Origin: Vermamoeba vermiformis
Taxonomy: Eukaryota
NCBI GenBank assembly: GCA_045837725.1
Contig: JBEWZL010000057.1
Span: forward strand, 62,001 to 94,850
Direction of reading: 5' to 3'
DNA length: 32,850 nucleotides
Shown: positions 9,405-21,856 of the stretch, piece by piece
Layout of the letters: every line of letters begins with the position of its first letter
How positions within the stretch are numbered: position 1 is the first letter of the stretch
Translations under genes and position numbers: made by a program
The notes under the pieces: model-generated
Databases searched by the model: none
What the model saw: only the letters and a program-made list of their open reading frames with translations
What the model was told of the DNA's origin: nothing

Positions 9405-12400
9405 TTACGCGAAGAGACGTTCATTATAATCTGAATTAAAACTTATTAGAATCAAATCTGATATGCTAGTGCCTCGATCGAACGTACCGATAAAGTCCTT
9501 GATAACTCCGTACTGGAATTTCATGTCCTTCAATAACGCCGCTGGGTTCGATTCGCGTTCTCGAATCAAAGTCGGTCCAAACACAACAGACTGTACACAA
9601 TTTCGTTAATATTCGTCCGCAATTCTATGACTAAGATAAGAACGTACCAAGTTCGAAGCATGCATCTTATTTACACTCGAGTCGTCGTGCACTTCACGCA
9701 AGTACTTCACCAACACTTTCAAACTGTTGCGATTGTGTTCGGGCAATTGTGCTATTAATCGTGCCAGTTCATTCAAACGAGATTCAGGGTCTTCTCGGGC
9801 TGAAGAGGAGCAAGCGTTAAACCGGGTGCACGAGGGTATACGACGCGACACAGAATACTTACTTTGAGACTGAATCCACTGAGGGTACAGCGAGTAAGTC
9901 AAGAGCGGCGCTGGCAGCTCGCGGAAGTAAAGTTTTAGCAGACCAGACACAGCATGCGGATCTGTATCGTCGGGAATCACGAGGGTCGCGTCATCTGTTT
10001 ACGAGTTAATACAAGCTCGTGCAAGGTTTTCGGAGAATCTTACCTGTCGTATCGAACTTCTCCTTTAGTGCGTTGATACCACGGCTGTCGCCAGAAATAC
10101 GGAAAATTCCTTCGAGCTTTGTAGCCTCTGGATATTGGGGTCAGATGCGAAGTCAAGTGCGAAACAGTCATTTTTACGAACCTTTTTTCCTCAAGAAATC
10201 AATGCTCTTGGTAATGATAATTGGAACAGCTTGAGGAGCGCCCTTTTCGGCAGCACGGCTGGCAATAAATTCGAGTGGCAAGCCAAAATTTTTGTCTACG
10301 AGTATGAGGTTAGAATCGATAATATAATGCGTATCTTCAAGATTGCACTCACTTCTGAAAATACATTTGTACAACTCTTGCATCCACGATTGCATTTCTT
10401 GTTTGGTTTCAGCGGTCAAGATCCACACGCGTCCAGGCGTGGTCTGAAAGTGTCAGCCAGAAGGTTAAATATGGATAAAATCCATTACGTACAATATTGA
10501 ACGTGAATGAAGCCGAATCAGTGACTTTAACGAGACCTCCTTGGATAGAAAAGGCACCAAGCAAGCGAGTTTGCTAAAACAATCATTAATCGGCAGTCTC
10601 GTCATGTCAAATGTGACACGTACCTCTCGTGAAGTGAAATAAGCGACTGTAAAGTCCTTCAATACGAACCAACGGCGTTTAACGGACTTGCGCACGGCAC
10701 CGACTTTGTTGAGCCAACCAGTCTTGTTAGGATTGGTCAAGTTCTGCAGGAGGTTAGATCCAATCGCAAACATTTACACGTTGCAAGTTAAGTTACTTAC
10801 CAATTGAGCAAGCACCACTGAGCTATCCTCTGTTACGTATCATCATTAGTTAAAGTGCATATAAGTAGTTCTGCAGGAGGCACATACTCGCGGCATTTGA
10901 GGCTTTCTTGCCCTTGCCCGGTTGTTTTGCATTGCCGGGTTGAGTTCCTTTGGGAGCACCAGCGGGGGTGTTGGCGACAACAGGCTGCTTAGCAGTGCCG
11001 GCAGTGTTATTGACAACTGTGGGAGTCGGTGTGGGCTGTTTGGCTGCACCAGAGTTAATTGTGTTGGACGGGCCAGTCATCGAAGTGGTGCGGGCACCAG
11101 CGACGATATTGCTGTTATGTGAATGGGAAATTGAACCAGACTTGAACATAGGAGGAGGGGACTGTGGTGGGCTGGTCGACAGTTGTGCGTTGTTGTCGTA
11201 GCCTTGCTCGTCTTCAAGTTCATCTGCGTCTTCATAGTACGCGCCTTCTTCGCCCCATTCTTCGCCGTCCCATTCGCCGTAGTACTCTTCACCTTCGTAG
11301 TTACCGTTATTATCGTAGGACTCAGCATCGGTCTCTGTGTAACGTGAGTGAACTGAGTGGTCATAAGAGACTGACAAACCAGAACGGCCGTCTTTAGTGC
11401 GAGGAGGAGGTGGTGGTGGGACTTTAGAGGGCGCAGGAGTAGTCTGCGAAGTGTTGTCTCCTGACACGTTCAATGGCTGCAGTGGCGCGGGTACACTGAC
11501 TACATTTTGACGGGGTGACAATGCAGGCGGTGTGTTGGTGCCTCCTGGCTTTGTAACACGTGTCCACGATGATTTGGCTGGTGAAGGTGTCGGGTTAGCA
11601 GTGTTTTGATTGCTCGCGCTCGTCACATTGGAAGTCGAAGGCGCGCCCACTGTGTGTCGCGTGTTGGACGTGATATTTGCTTCTTGCATTTGTTGCGCCA
11701 ATACATCTTCTGGCCTAATAGGTGCAACGCGAATACTCTTGCGATTGCCTCGCGCTTTTAGTCGCTCTTGAATTTTTCTTTCTAATTCTGCTGCGTGAGT
11801 TCTACAAAATAAATTAGATCCGCTCGTATAATTCCAAAGCAATTTCTTACCTTTCTTTCTCCAAAATCTTCAATAGCTCGACAAAAGAAAGGTCCACGTT
11901 TTGACCTGAAGAATTACGTTAGTTAGTTTAATTAATCAGCGGAAGTTCAAGCGCTAACTTGCCTGTTTTGGCTGAAACTTCTAAAATAGGGCAATCGAAC
12001 AACTCTGCTTTCTCCTTGCCTGCTGCAATAGATACTTCTCTCTTGTCTGCTTCGTCGGCTAAATATAACTATTAGCAACGAGATACTAACGAGACTGTAG
12101 CGATCCGATCAGATGTGTACCTAAGGTTCCAACCAACAACAAAGGCACTCTGTCTTGTCGCTTGACGGCTCTAATCATTTGAATGAATGCATCGATCGAG
12201 TCGTACGAGGCCTGCGAAGTAATGCTGTACACGCACATGTAGCCATCTGCTGCTTCGAACATTTTGGTTTGCTTTTCAGGGTTGACCATAATATCTGTCA
12301 ATATGTTCACATCGCCTGAGGTGTCTAATATTTCAATAATGTAGTCCTTATTGTTGAAATTGAGCTCTACTTTTGATTCTTGAACCGCTGTAGGTGATCA

Positions 12401-13051
12401 AAAAGTCGTTAATATTTTAATTGCATTATCTTTGCTTTAATCCCGCGGTAATATTATTACTAATATTAATGATGTTTTACACGATTGAAGTTGGGTCTAT
12501 TATCAACAACAACGTCCGGATTTGCAACGATCTGTCTCCAATAATTAATACACGTACCTGTGGTCGGTTTTGGATTTTCTGCATAGCTTCCCAATAAGAA
12601 TCTATTAACTAGCGATGTCTTGCCAACTTGAGGGCCAATTACGCACTAAATTATCAAATGGGAAATGTCAAAAATTGATATTCAATAAAAAATCTTTCTT
12701 TTCTTTATGATTATTTCGAAAGGATCATAAATTATAACGTGGTATTGATTGTCAAATTTATTAATTTAATTAAAAAGCGCATCCGAAGGATGAGGTGGAA
12801 AACTTAATTATTAATTATGTAAAATGATTATAATTTCGTAATAATATTTGATTGCTTACAATTTTATAGGATTCATTTTTCTCTAGCATTTCAATCGCGC
12901 TTCTTTTGGTTTTTCCACTGTCAGATGTGGGCACGTCTTCTTTGCCCTCCGGTTCGTTATTAGGTACATCTGCAGGTTCAATAGGTTGAGATACTGATTG
13001 ACTGCGATAAGAGCCAGTTAAAAACGAGCCCTTGTTCCTTGGAGATGACAT
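9405..13051 (-). CDS. Ras-like GTPase domain - Pro/acidic linker - PH domain - RhoGAP domain protein (multi-exon, one GC-AG intron)
   Basis: Ras-like: YKICVIGPQVGKTSL, IEILDTSG, ADGYMCVYSITSQASY, PLLLVGTLAD, REVS, EVSAKTGQNV. PH: KTGWLNKVGAVRKSVKRRWFVL…EMQSWMQEL. RhoGAP: FGLPL, EGIFRISG (arginine finger), DPHAVSGLLKLYFRELPAPLL, NKMHASNLSVVFGPTL. Stop TAA at 9405-9407. Confidence 0.9.
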
Positions 13052-13288
13052 CCGTTAACTCTATATAAAATACGCGCACAAATAAATGACTACGCAGAAA
13101 TAAAAATAAATATTACAGTGGCACGACCTATTGTGTCGTACAATATTGTATTGAAGTTCCGGTTGACCAATTACAATTTTTGATTTTTTATGGTCCCATT
13201 TACAACACAATCACAATATTTATTGTCGTTGAAACCGGATAGAAGTATAATACACTATCTGGCATTGAGCAGCGACTGAATTCCACGT

Positions 13289-16095
13289 ATGTCGGCAACG
13301 AGTTGGCACGGAGATATTGCCCCACCTCCGAGCTCCCAGGTACTCTTTATTCCGTAAAATTATAACGCAATACATATCTACATAAAGATATAAACATATC
13401 CAATGGGATTTAAAGCTAGGCTTGAGTAAAATTTAGTATTTAAGTTTTGTTTATATTTCGCGTTACTGCTGAGCAGCAATTTATTATCTATTCATGTATA
13501 ATAATATTCTCTATGTTAAAGGATATTAATTCGTCAGCTGCAAGGGAACTAATTTTGGCGCCAAGGATGCGATCGGATCAGATCCCCAGGCTGCAGACGA
13601 CGAGAATGCCCTTTCTAGTAACTTTATCCCACGATCCATTTTAAAGAAGTAAGCAAGAAAAAATTGCTTTTTACCTTATTTAATCGGCTTTCTCGGTGCA
13701 GAGAGCAACCCGAGGCGTTAAAAGCGAAAAAGAAGGCTTTGTCTGTTCAGTTTGCTCCTTTAGTAGAAGATATTCAGACAAATATTACAATAGGTAATAA
13801 GATCGCCACCATTGTCTGACAAGTAATTACAGGACTATTTTTGTAACGAAATTGAATTCCTTTCTAATCCTGTCTATAGAGAAGATGACTGACGAAGCCC
13901 TAATTTGTCTACGATATTTGGCTCTTGTGTGGGCAAGACAGTCAATCACATCGTCAGATCCGCCGAGCCACCGCTACAAAAATAGGCTAGCTGTTAATTT
14001 TCAACCCGGCATGACTCCCCTGTTCATGAAATATTTATTGGAGACATATAGCGACAAATTGGACGATATAGAAGAATATAGCGCGTTCCGAGAATTAGCC
14101 AAAAGAATTTTCATCGTGGATGCGACGTCAGAAAACCAAGTGCTGGACCAGTTAAAGAACGATCAACGTCCTGCAATATTAATTGTTCAAATACCTGACC
14201 TGACATTGCCAAATCATCCCCTGCGACAGTTTCTTCGCGATCACTTGGCGACCAAACACTCTGTGATCGTTTTTTCTGATCCAATATGTGGTCTGCATCA
14301 AAGTACGATCGAGCGTATCTACAACGTCAAGCTGCGACACATTTGGCTGCCTCGACTTCAAACTGCAACGTGAGTATCATGTCGTAACGGAGAGAAGTAA
14401 TTAATAGTCGACGATTAGTGCAGGAGTCAATTACTCGTTTTCGCAAGAAGGTGTTACGAATTGCTATGGGATACCAGCGATTATAGAAATGTACGACTTG
14501 GCGGCATGGTCAACAGAATCAATCGAAGATTCAGTGCAAGATCTGCTAGCGCTGTGGACGAGAACGGAGTTTAAACCTTTCTTAGGACATTTCTATACTC
14601 TATTTAGTGTCGCTCGCTCAGGTTCGCAGCTTTATGCCAACACCCGATTGTCTGCGGGAGCTCAGTATGTTTGATGCGGCCACCATTCTCGGCTTCGTAG
14701 TCACGCCTGCGGGAATTAAACGAAAAAGCTCTGCCGATAAGACGAAGCAGATTGAGGCTAAGCAGATTAAAGTAGGTTTTTGAATTGATGTCAGCGGTAC
14801 TAATCGAAGCAATTTAGGACGCAGGCACACCACAGAAGAGTGTCGCGACGAAATCTCTGCCAGCCTATTTATCAGGCCAGCCGTACAGTATTTCAGCCAT
14901 TCCTTCTCTCATCGCCAAATTTGAATGCGACAACCCTGATTTTGATGCCTTCAAATTGCTGCGCGGCAACACGTTAAAGTGGTTTGAAGCCGAGCGCGCA
15001 GTTGCACGGGCTATTGTTGAGAGCAGCAAGGGCCGCTTGACTTTTGGACAGAAATGGTCGTTCTTCGCTCACTCAAAATTTGTGGCGCAAGTAACGCAGA
15101 AACTTTCTATGCACCCGCAAGTCATCCCAAAGGTCAAAACCAAGGCTCCTGAGCTCGACGAAGCAGCACTGAAAGAATGGGCAACAGGGAGTCGTCAATC
15201 TCCTCCACAGAGCACAATGACATCTGCGTCCTGGCCCACGTTAATTAAGCACCTCGACATGAGACGCGTGATTATACCGGTGGAGATGTCGAAGAGTCCC
15301 GACGTGTTGTTCGTGCTCCGGAATATGGCGCTGTTGTGCTTTCAGGTGAAGACTGGCACGCAAGACAACAGCTTGGCGCAACTCGTCACAGAACTGGCGA
15401 AATGTCCGTACATGTCACGGCCTGATGTCACTAAGAACAAGGTAGGTGGCGCTCTTGTCGCTGTATTAGCCTTACCAACTCTGCTACTCAGGTTGTATTC
15501 TCGGAAAATGCTCCTGAAACAACGTCAGTCACTTTCGTCTACGTAGCTCCAGTTCATGCAGCAATCAAGGCTGCACTGATGACCGAGGCCGTTGAATTCG
15601 TGAAAGGCAACGAAAAAGCCGCGACTGACGCAGCGGTGACAAAATACTTCGAATACATTCACGTTAAGCACGGCTGCAAAGCAATTAATTTGCCGGAGAA
15701 AGTCGAGGTGATCGTCTTGCTGCGAGCAGGAATGGAAGAATTATTCGGGGAAGATTATCGCACGCTTCTCGATCCCTTGTGTGAAGTCAAGTCGCTTGAG
15801 CAAGAAGAAATTCTGCGTAAGAACGAGGCTTTTTGGGATTAACAGAGCATACCAATAGTAACGCATTCCTATTGTTGTAGGCGAGCAACTGCGCGCAAAA
15901 ACCGAACCACTCGCGACAACTATTGAGGAGGTCGAAGAAGAGGCAATGCGTGTGTTCGAGTAAGAAATTTGTTGTTGATGTTTAAGGTCTGTCTAACCCG
16001 AGTGCTGTGACAGGAGGGTGAGAAACGTTCCCGGAGCCGAAGACATCTTGGCCAAGAAATTGAAAGAGCTGTTTGCAATGTCTAAGCAGAAGTGA
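13289..16095 (+). CDS. Degenerate P-loop NTPase-like region followed by a PD-(D/E)xK restriction-endonuclease-like domain (Crinkler/CR-type C-terminal module); 5' exons upstream of ~13880 unresolved
   Basis: Exons from ~13880 splice in phase to TGA at 16093-16095. Motifs LAVNFQPG, AILIVQIPD, VIVFSD, HIWLPRL and CYGIPAII suggest an NTPase-like topology. WFEAERAVAR, SKSPDVLF…LCFQVKTG, LVTELAKC and LPEKVEVIVL suggest an REase fold. Confidence 0.55.
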
Positions 16096-16284
16096 TAAGA
16101 AGGTCGACGAGTGGTGCGGATCTCGGGAACAATTTAATTCTTACGCTTCTACTGCATTAAGCAGGTGCACAGTGAGAGTCATATTGAATGCAATCATCAT
16201 TCCCGAGCGAGTGATTGTTAAATAATGATTATAATCCTTAAGAAGCTCGTGCAACTGATGTTTGGTGGTTGTGTTAAAGTTTGT

Positions 16285-19200
16285 TTACTTCCAATACACG
16301 CGTAACCTTTCATTTACAGTTAGTCGTTCAACTTGCTCGTCACGCTTAACTAAGCTCTGGTTGGATAGCTTAATTACTTTGTCAATATCATTAACCGATC
16401 TGTGGAATGTTTCGGCAATGTCTTTGAACAAAGAGTATGCTGTAGGGCTTGATAAAAACACTTCTTCAAAGTCTCCGCCGTCTACATCTTGCACGACGAC
16501 AACAAGCACTAAATATTGCGAGTTAGTTTTGCGGTTGGATCTATTAGATCCACATTTTTCCGGTACTATACCTTCGTTGTCTTGAATGTCAATATGCTCA
16601 AAACTTGCGTTCAGTGAGCTCATATGATCACTGACTACACCTGTATCATCGTACACGGCATCGGGGTCATCAGGCAGATCATCCGGCACTTCAGCATAGG
16701 CCGAGTTGTTCGAGTTCAGCACGTGTTCAGGGACGGGTTCTAAATAGCCCGATTGAAGTTGAGGGATCGGTGGCAGCGGCTTCGACAGACGACGTTGCGA
16801 ATGAGAGCTGTCGTGCGACTGAGACAACGGTACTTGTGGTGGCGTGTAAATGGATTGAGATCCACTTGCTTCTGCTGAGCGCGAGAGCTGCTGATTGGCC
16901 GGCGTGTAATTCGACGTAGAATTAGCGTTGTAGGAGCTCGGAGTGTACGTGTTAGATTGATACGACGGGTAATTGTTGTACGAGCTCGTGTTTGTCGTGG
17001 GCTGGTACTGCTGCGTCGAGTTCTGTGTCGCGTACGAGCCATTCATCGGTGCATTGTAGCTGCTCTGCGTGTTGTTCTGTTGATAATTGCTCGTGTTGTA
17101 CTGACCACTCGTGTAGCCCGTGGAGGCAGCAGTATTACTGGCCGGATATTGCTGGTATTGAGTGCTGTACTGGCTGTTGTACGTGTTGTTTGGACTCGTG
17201 TTGTGCGGGGTGGGTGGTGATTTCTTCGGCAGTGGCGGTGGAGGACTGTCTGCCTGTTGTCCGCCATTGTAGTACGCAGTGTTTGAAGGGTAATTCGAAC
17301 TCGTGTTGTAGCCAGACCCGGTGTTGTACGATGAACTGTTGTAATTGTTGCCGTAGTTTTGAGTGCTGGAGGTGTTTGGATAATTGCTCTGCGCGGTCGT
17401 TGGATATGCGCTGGAATTGTTGTAGCTCGAAGGGTTGTACGAGGACGAGCCATAGTTGGCGTTGAACGATGTCGCACCCGTGTTGCTGGGATACAAATTA
17501 GAAGTTGAGTTCGATGGCATGTGACTGCGTTGGTAAGATTGCTCGTGGTGTGAAGTAATGTTTGGCACACTGGAGTGGCGGTGATGATTGGCGTGGTGAC
17601 CAGTGTAAGAGGACGTTTGTGGATAAAATGAGGAGGTGTTGCTCACGTCGTAGTTAGTCGTGTTGGCTGCGGTGTAATTGCCGGGCACTGAAGGGTAACT
17701 CGTCGTGGCACTCGTCGCGGAGAAGGAGTGGGAGAGCGAGGACGGAACATAGGTCTTGGGCTGTTGATAGGCAGCGGAGGTCTGTGTGGTGTACGTGTTG
17801 ACAATTGGAGTGACACGTGTCGGTTGTGGAGGTGGCACAGTGACGACCGTTGGTTGAGCTCTAAATGGTTGTTAGGCGTGTCAAGGCTTTGGCTGACTAT
17901 AGAGATACTCACGCGACGGCCGTTGGATAGGCCGTGACAACAGGTGCAGTCGGTGCGGGTGTGGCGATGGGCATGTTGCCGATAGCCGTTGGCATGCCTT
18001 GCACAACTGTCTCTTGCTGGTAGATGGGACTGTCAACATTGATGTCTTGGTGCGTGGTAATGTCAATATCAATCGGCACGGCGTGTGACACGGGCAATTC
18101 ACTGTCATCTTCCACAGGGCCTTGAGACATGTTCACGGGAGTGCTGCCGATCACTGGCACCGAGGAGATAATGATGGGGATGTGGATTCTGACACGGGAT
18201 TAGTTGTTATGATATTAAACTGAATGTGAGTGGCTAAGTTCGACGTACTTGGGGTTCTTAATGAGTCCTCCGATGTGGAACTCGAGCACTAAATGATAGC
18301 TCAACTGAACCAAACTCGCATTGGTCGTGGGAACAAGAGTCAATCGACCGGGCATCGGAACTTCGATGAATCTGTCCATGGCCGTGGATTTCCTAAGCAA
18401 TCGAGACATTGGATTATATTGTTAGTACGGAAAAATCGGGTGTGTGCACGTACTCGACGGGAAATCCTTCGGTCACTTTGTATTTAGCGAATCTAACTTT
18501 GTCGGTCAAACTTCCTGACTTCCAATATTGTTGGATCTGTTTTTGAAATGTTAATTAGTCAGTTCATACGAACAATACGCGCAATACTTACTCTTATGAC
18601 CAATGAATTGAACGAATTGTGCGTTCTGTTGTCAATTTTCAATCGAAATCTGAATTTGTCTTCGGGCCACGTGTATTGTCTCTTTGTCGTCGCCTAATGG
18701 ATCATATTGTTAATAAATATAGCCCTCTTAATATCAGTATTAAATGTTCGTACGCGCAAACTAAATCGACTGTCTTTGTTCAAGTTCATTGCTCGATCCC
18801 ATTTAGAACTCTTCGACACTTCAAAGTCCTTAATCTCCGTGCCGCGTGGTTGCACTACACTGCCTATAATATATCGAGTTCAATTAATAATTAATTCAGT
18901 TGTAAGGCTTCGAAATTAATCAGTTTTGTAACGTACCGACTGAAAGCATTTTGGTGACTTTAACAGACTTATTATATGGGACTTTGACGTGCGCTTTTAA
19001 CACGTATTCAATGCGCACCTAATGGCAGGTTCGTTAAATAAACGAATTGTCAAGCAAATGTCATTGCGGCGATCCAAAGTAATGAAATTTTGAAAAATAA
19101 AAAGAATCTTTGCGGTTGCCTGCGGTAATGGCGAGTATAATATGACACATTCATATTGATTTACTTACGCGTCCTTTTCTGTATTCTAATGAAGGCGGAA

Positions 19201-19780
19201 TGTGTTTGGGTAACTCGAAGGCAAATGGCCAAGAATAAGATTGCGCCTTCAGCTTGACTTTCTTGTGTGATTGACCCCATGTGTTTCCTTATCAAAATTA
19301 ATTTAACATTAAATTAAACGAAATCAGCTCAATTACAAGTCAAATGTTGTCAAATCCAAATAAAATCTTCGTAATAAGAATTTAACTCACCCCATAGTGT
19401 TTTTACGAACTTAAATATGTGCTTTCTTTTACCGCTGTGTACCAGCGCTTGTGTAGTTACAGCAGCTGTATTTGGATCAATTGATACTGCCGCATCCTCT
19501 GTAGTGAATAAATAAATTAGTTTATAGAAGCAATAAATTAATTAAATATAATAATACGGTATTTCATGCAAACAAAAGCAAATAAAATTAACCATTATCT
19601 CCGGAAAAATTTGTGCCGGATGGGCGCCGTCTTACCGTTCTCCCAAGCGCTGTGTTCATATCCTTTAAATCTGACATATACTCCCAGGCACGACAAATCT
19701 TTTCTTGGAGTAAAGTGAACTCGTCCGCGCACGATCTCGCCAGGATAATACGCCTGTCTTTCAACTTCGAGTTGAAGCAT
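16285..19780 (-). CDS. Arrestin-domain (alpha-arrestin-like) protein with a long N/S/Y/Q/T-rich low-complexity region and a C-terminal ANKRD40-C-like (ubiquitin-like) domain
   Basis: Arrestin-N: YYPGEIVRGRV, VRFKGYEHSAW, YSWPFAFELPKHIPPS, RIEYVLKAHV. Arrestin-C: LKIDNRT, LVPTTNASLVQLSYHLVL, IHIPIII. All introns splice in phase. Confidence 0.85.
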
Positions 19781-20000
19781 CACTAACTATGTACAAATAT
19801 TGTATAATATATTACAGTAATAAATAAATAGACAGATAAACAGTTCTCGTCTTCTTATGCGAAGACTTTTTTGGTTTTAATGAAGCGAGATTTTTTCGAG
19901 TTTTCACTTTGATTTTCGAGTTGATTGCGCCAACAGACATCAACAAGTGATATGACGTTATATATGATTTGATTGTAAATATTATTCAGCGGAATTAATA

Positions 20001-21856
20001 ATGCTCGGATTGTCTGGGACGATTTCTAGATCGTTGATCAGACGTCTCACTACACCAACAGAGGTAAATTTATCGGCCCATATTATTTCGATTACAACTA
20101 TACTCTGCAAATTATAATATCGTATTGATCTATTTTTTGACAATTTTTGGCTTTTTTAATTAGGAGATTTTTTCGGATGCCTTGCTGTGCTAGTGTCATT
20201 GATGACTTTCTAATAATTTTATTTTAGTCACATAGTAACTGTAAATATATATTGTTTGAACGAAGGTGCTCGACTTCAATCAACAACGAAACAAAACCCA
20301 AATCCACCTCGACCCCCAAGCCTCAATTTAAGAGCAACCAGTCGCGTAGTCGTAATATAGAGCCCAGCAAAAAATTAAATGACGAATTGGAGCGATTTAA
20401 ATCGAGCATCGAACAAAACAAGCCGATCTCTGCTGCCTGGTGCACGGGCTTAATATCTCAAGCAACAGAATTAAGTACGAATACAGTTTATATGATGCTG
20501 TTTCGATATATTAATGCTATTGTATTGGTAGAGGATTGGAAAGTTGCTACGTTTGTTTATCGCAAAACCAAGCTGCTCAACATGCCCATGGACAAGGCCC
20601 TCTTCACGGCGATTTTACACATGTTTATTAAGCAAGGTACCATAATCAATATTGCAATATCATTCAGACTGACAGGCTTGCAGGAGATAACTGGATGAAG
20701 GCCCTGACATTCATCGACAAATCTCCCGATGACATTGAAAACTTGGACGCCAAGCCATTTCACGCACTGATCAATTTGATTCGTTCGTACAACCGATTTG
20801 ACCTGGGCATGCAAGTGTACGACGCCATGAAGAAAAAACACGTCGTGATCGATGCGTTTGTGGCGAATATCTTGCTCGGCATGGCGCTCAAACGAAATGA
20901 CAAAGCAAATGCCAAGAAAATTATCGATGATTACAGACAGAACGGCGCTAAAGACGGACCGTACGTAATACTATTATTTGATGTATATATAGTTAATTAA
21001 CAATATTTGTACTTTAGTTTGGAGAACGAATTGCTTTCCACGCTGACGAGTTGTGACGCGTCTTTGAATTATTTGATGAGCTATTTGCAAGAACCAACGC
21101 CCAAAGAGCCAAAAGTGATCATTTTGTTGAATCATTTGATCCAGAGTTATTTCATGCAGTTGGACAAACGCGAAATCAAGCAGATCTACACCGCACTCAC
21201 GACGCACAAAGGACTGAATATGCAACAAGGACTGCTCACCGTCATGTCAAAGCTACTGGGCCGTGCCGCGTATTATCCTCTCATACTCGACGTGTATTTG
21301 GCAGCTCTTGAACGAGGTGTGCAATTTGACAAGCAGTTCTACATGTAAGATTATTGAGGAGAATAGACTAGGACCACTAAATATTAATGCAATCAATTGT
21401 GCGACAGAGAGACAATCAGTCAGTTTGTTATGGGCCAAAAAGATGAGTACATTGACAAGTTCGTCGAATTAATGAAATCGCAGTCGAAAATTCAAGACAC
21501 ATTAGAATTCTATTCCAAGTTATTCATCAGTAAGTCAAGCCACTTATTACTTCTATTGTACTAATTAGCTTTGTTATACAGAGGTTAATCACGATCATCG
21601 AGCAGTATTTTCGTTGCTCAAACGAGTGCGCAATCGATATCCAGTCGTGGATCCACAATTGGCGTTGTTATTCATTTTGTTCTTGACCAAATCTACGCTC
21701 CACTTTGAAGTTATTGCCACAGATCCTGAGCTCGTGAAACAAGTCCTCGCGTGGAAAGAATTGATCGACGTCAATTACGACAGCGCAGCAGCCATGTTAG
21801 AGCTTGCAGCCAAACAAGTTTTGGAGTCTCGTCGATCAATGTCGCGTCATGTTTGA
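20001..21856 (+). CDS. Mitochondrion-targeted PPR-like helical repeat protein (true stop possibly 21899, see findings)
   Basis: The N-terminus MLGLSGTISRSLIRRLTT is Arg/Ser-rich. PPR-like units include MDKALFTAILHMFIK and LDAKPFHALINLIRSYNRFDLGMQVYDAMKKKHVVIDAFVANILL. Confidence 0.7.

Noticed and set aside
16740-17937. Multiple overlapping ORFs, including a Cys-rich 157-aa ORF at 16992..17465
   Set aside because: These are shadows of the N/S/Y/Q-rich arrestin exon; the Cys richness follows from antisense reading of AAC/CAG/ACA codons.
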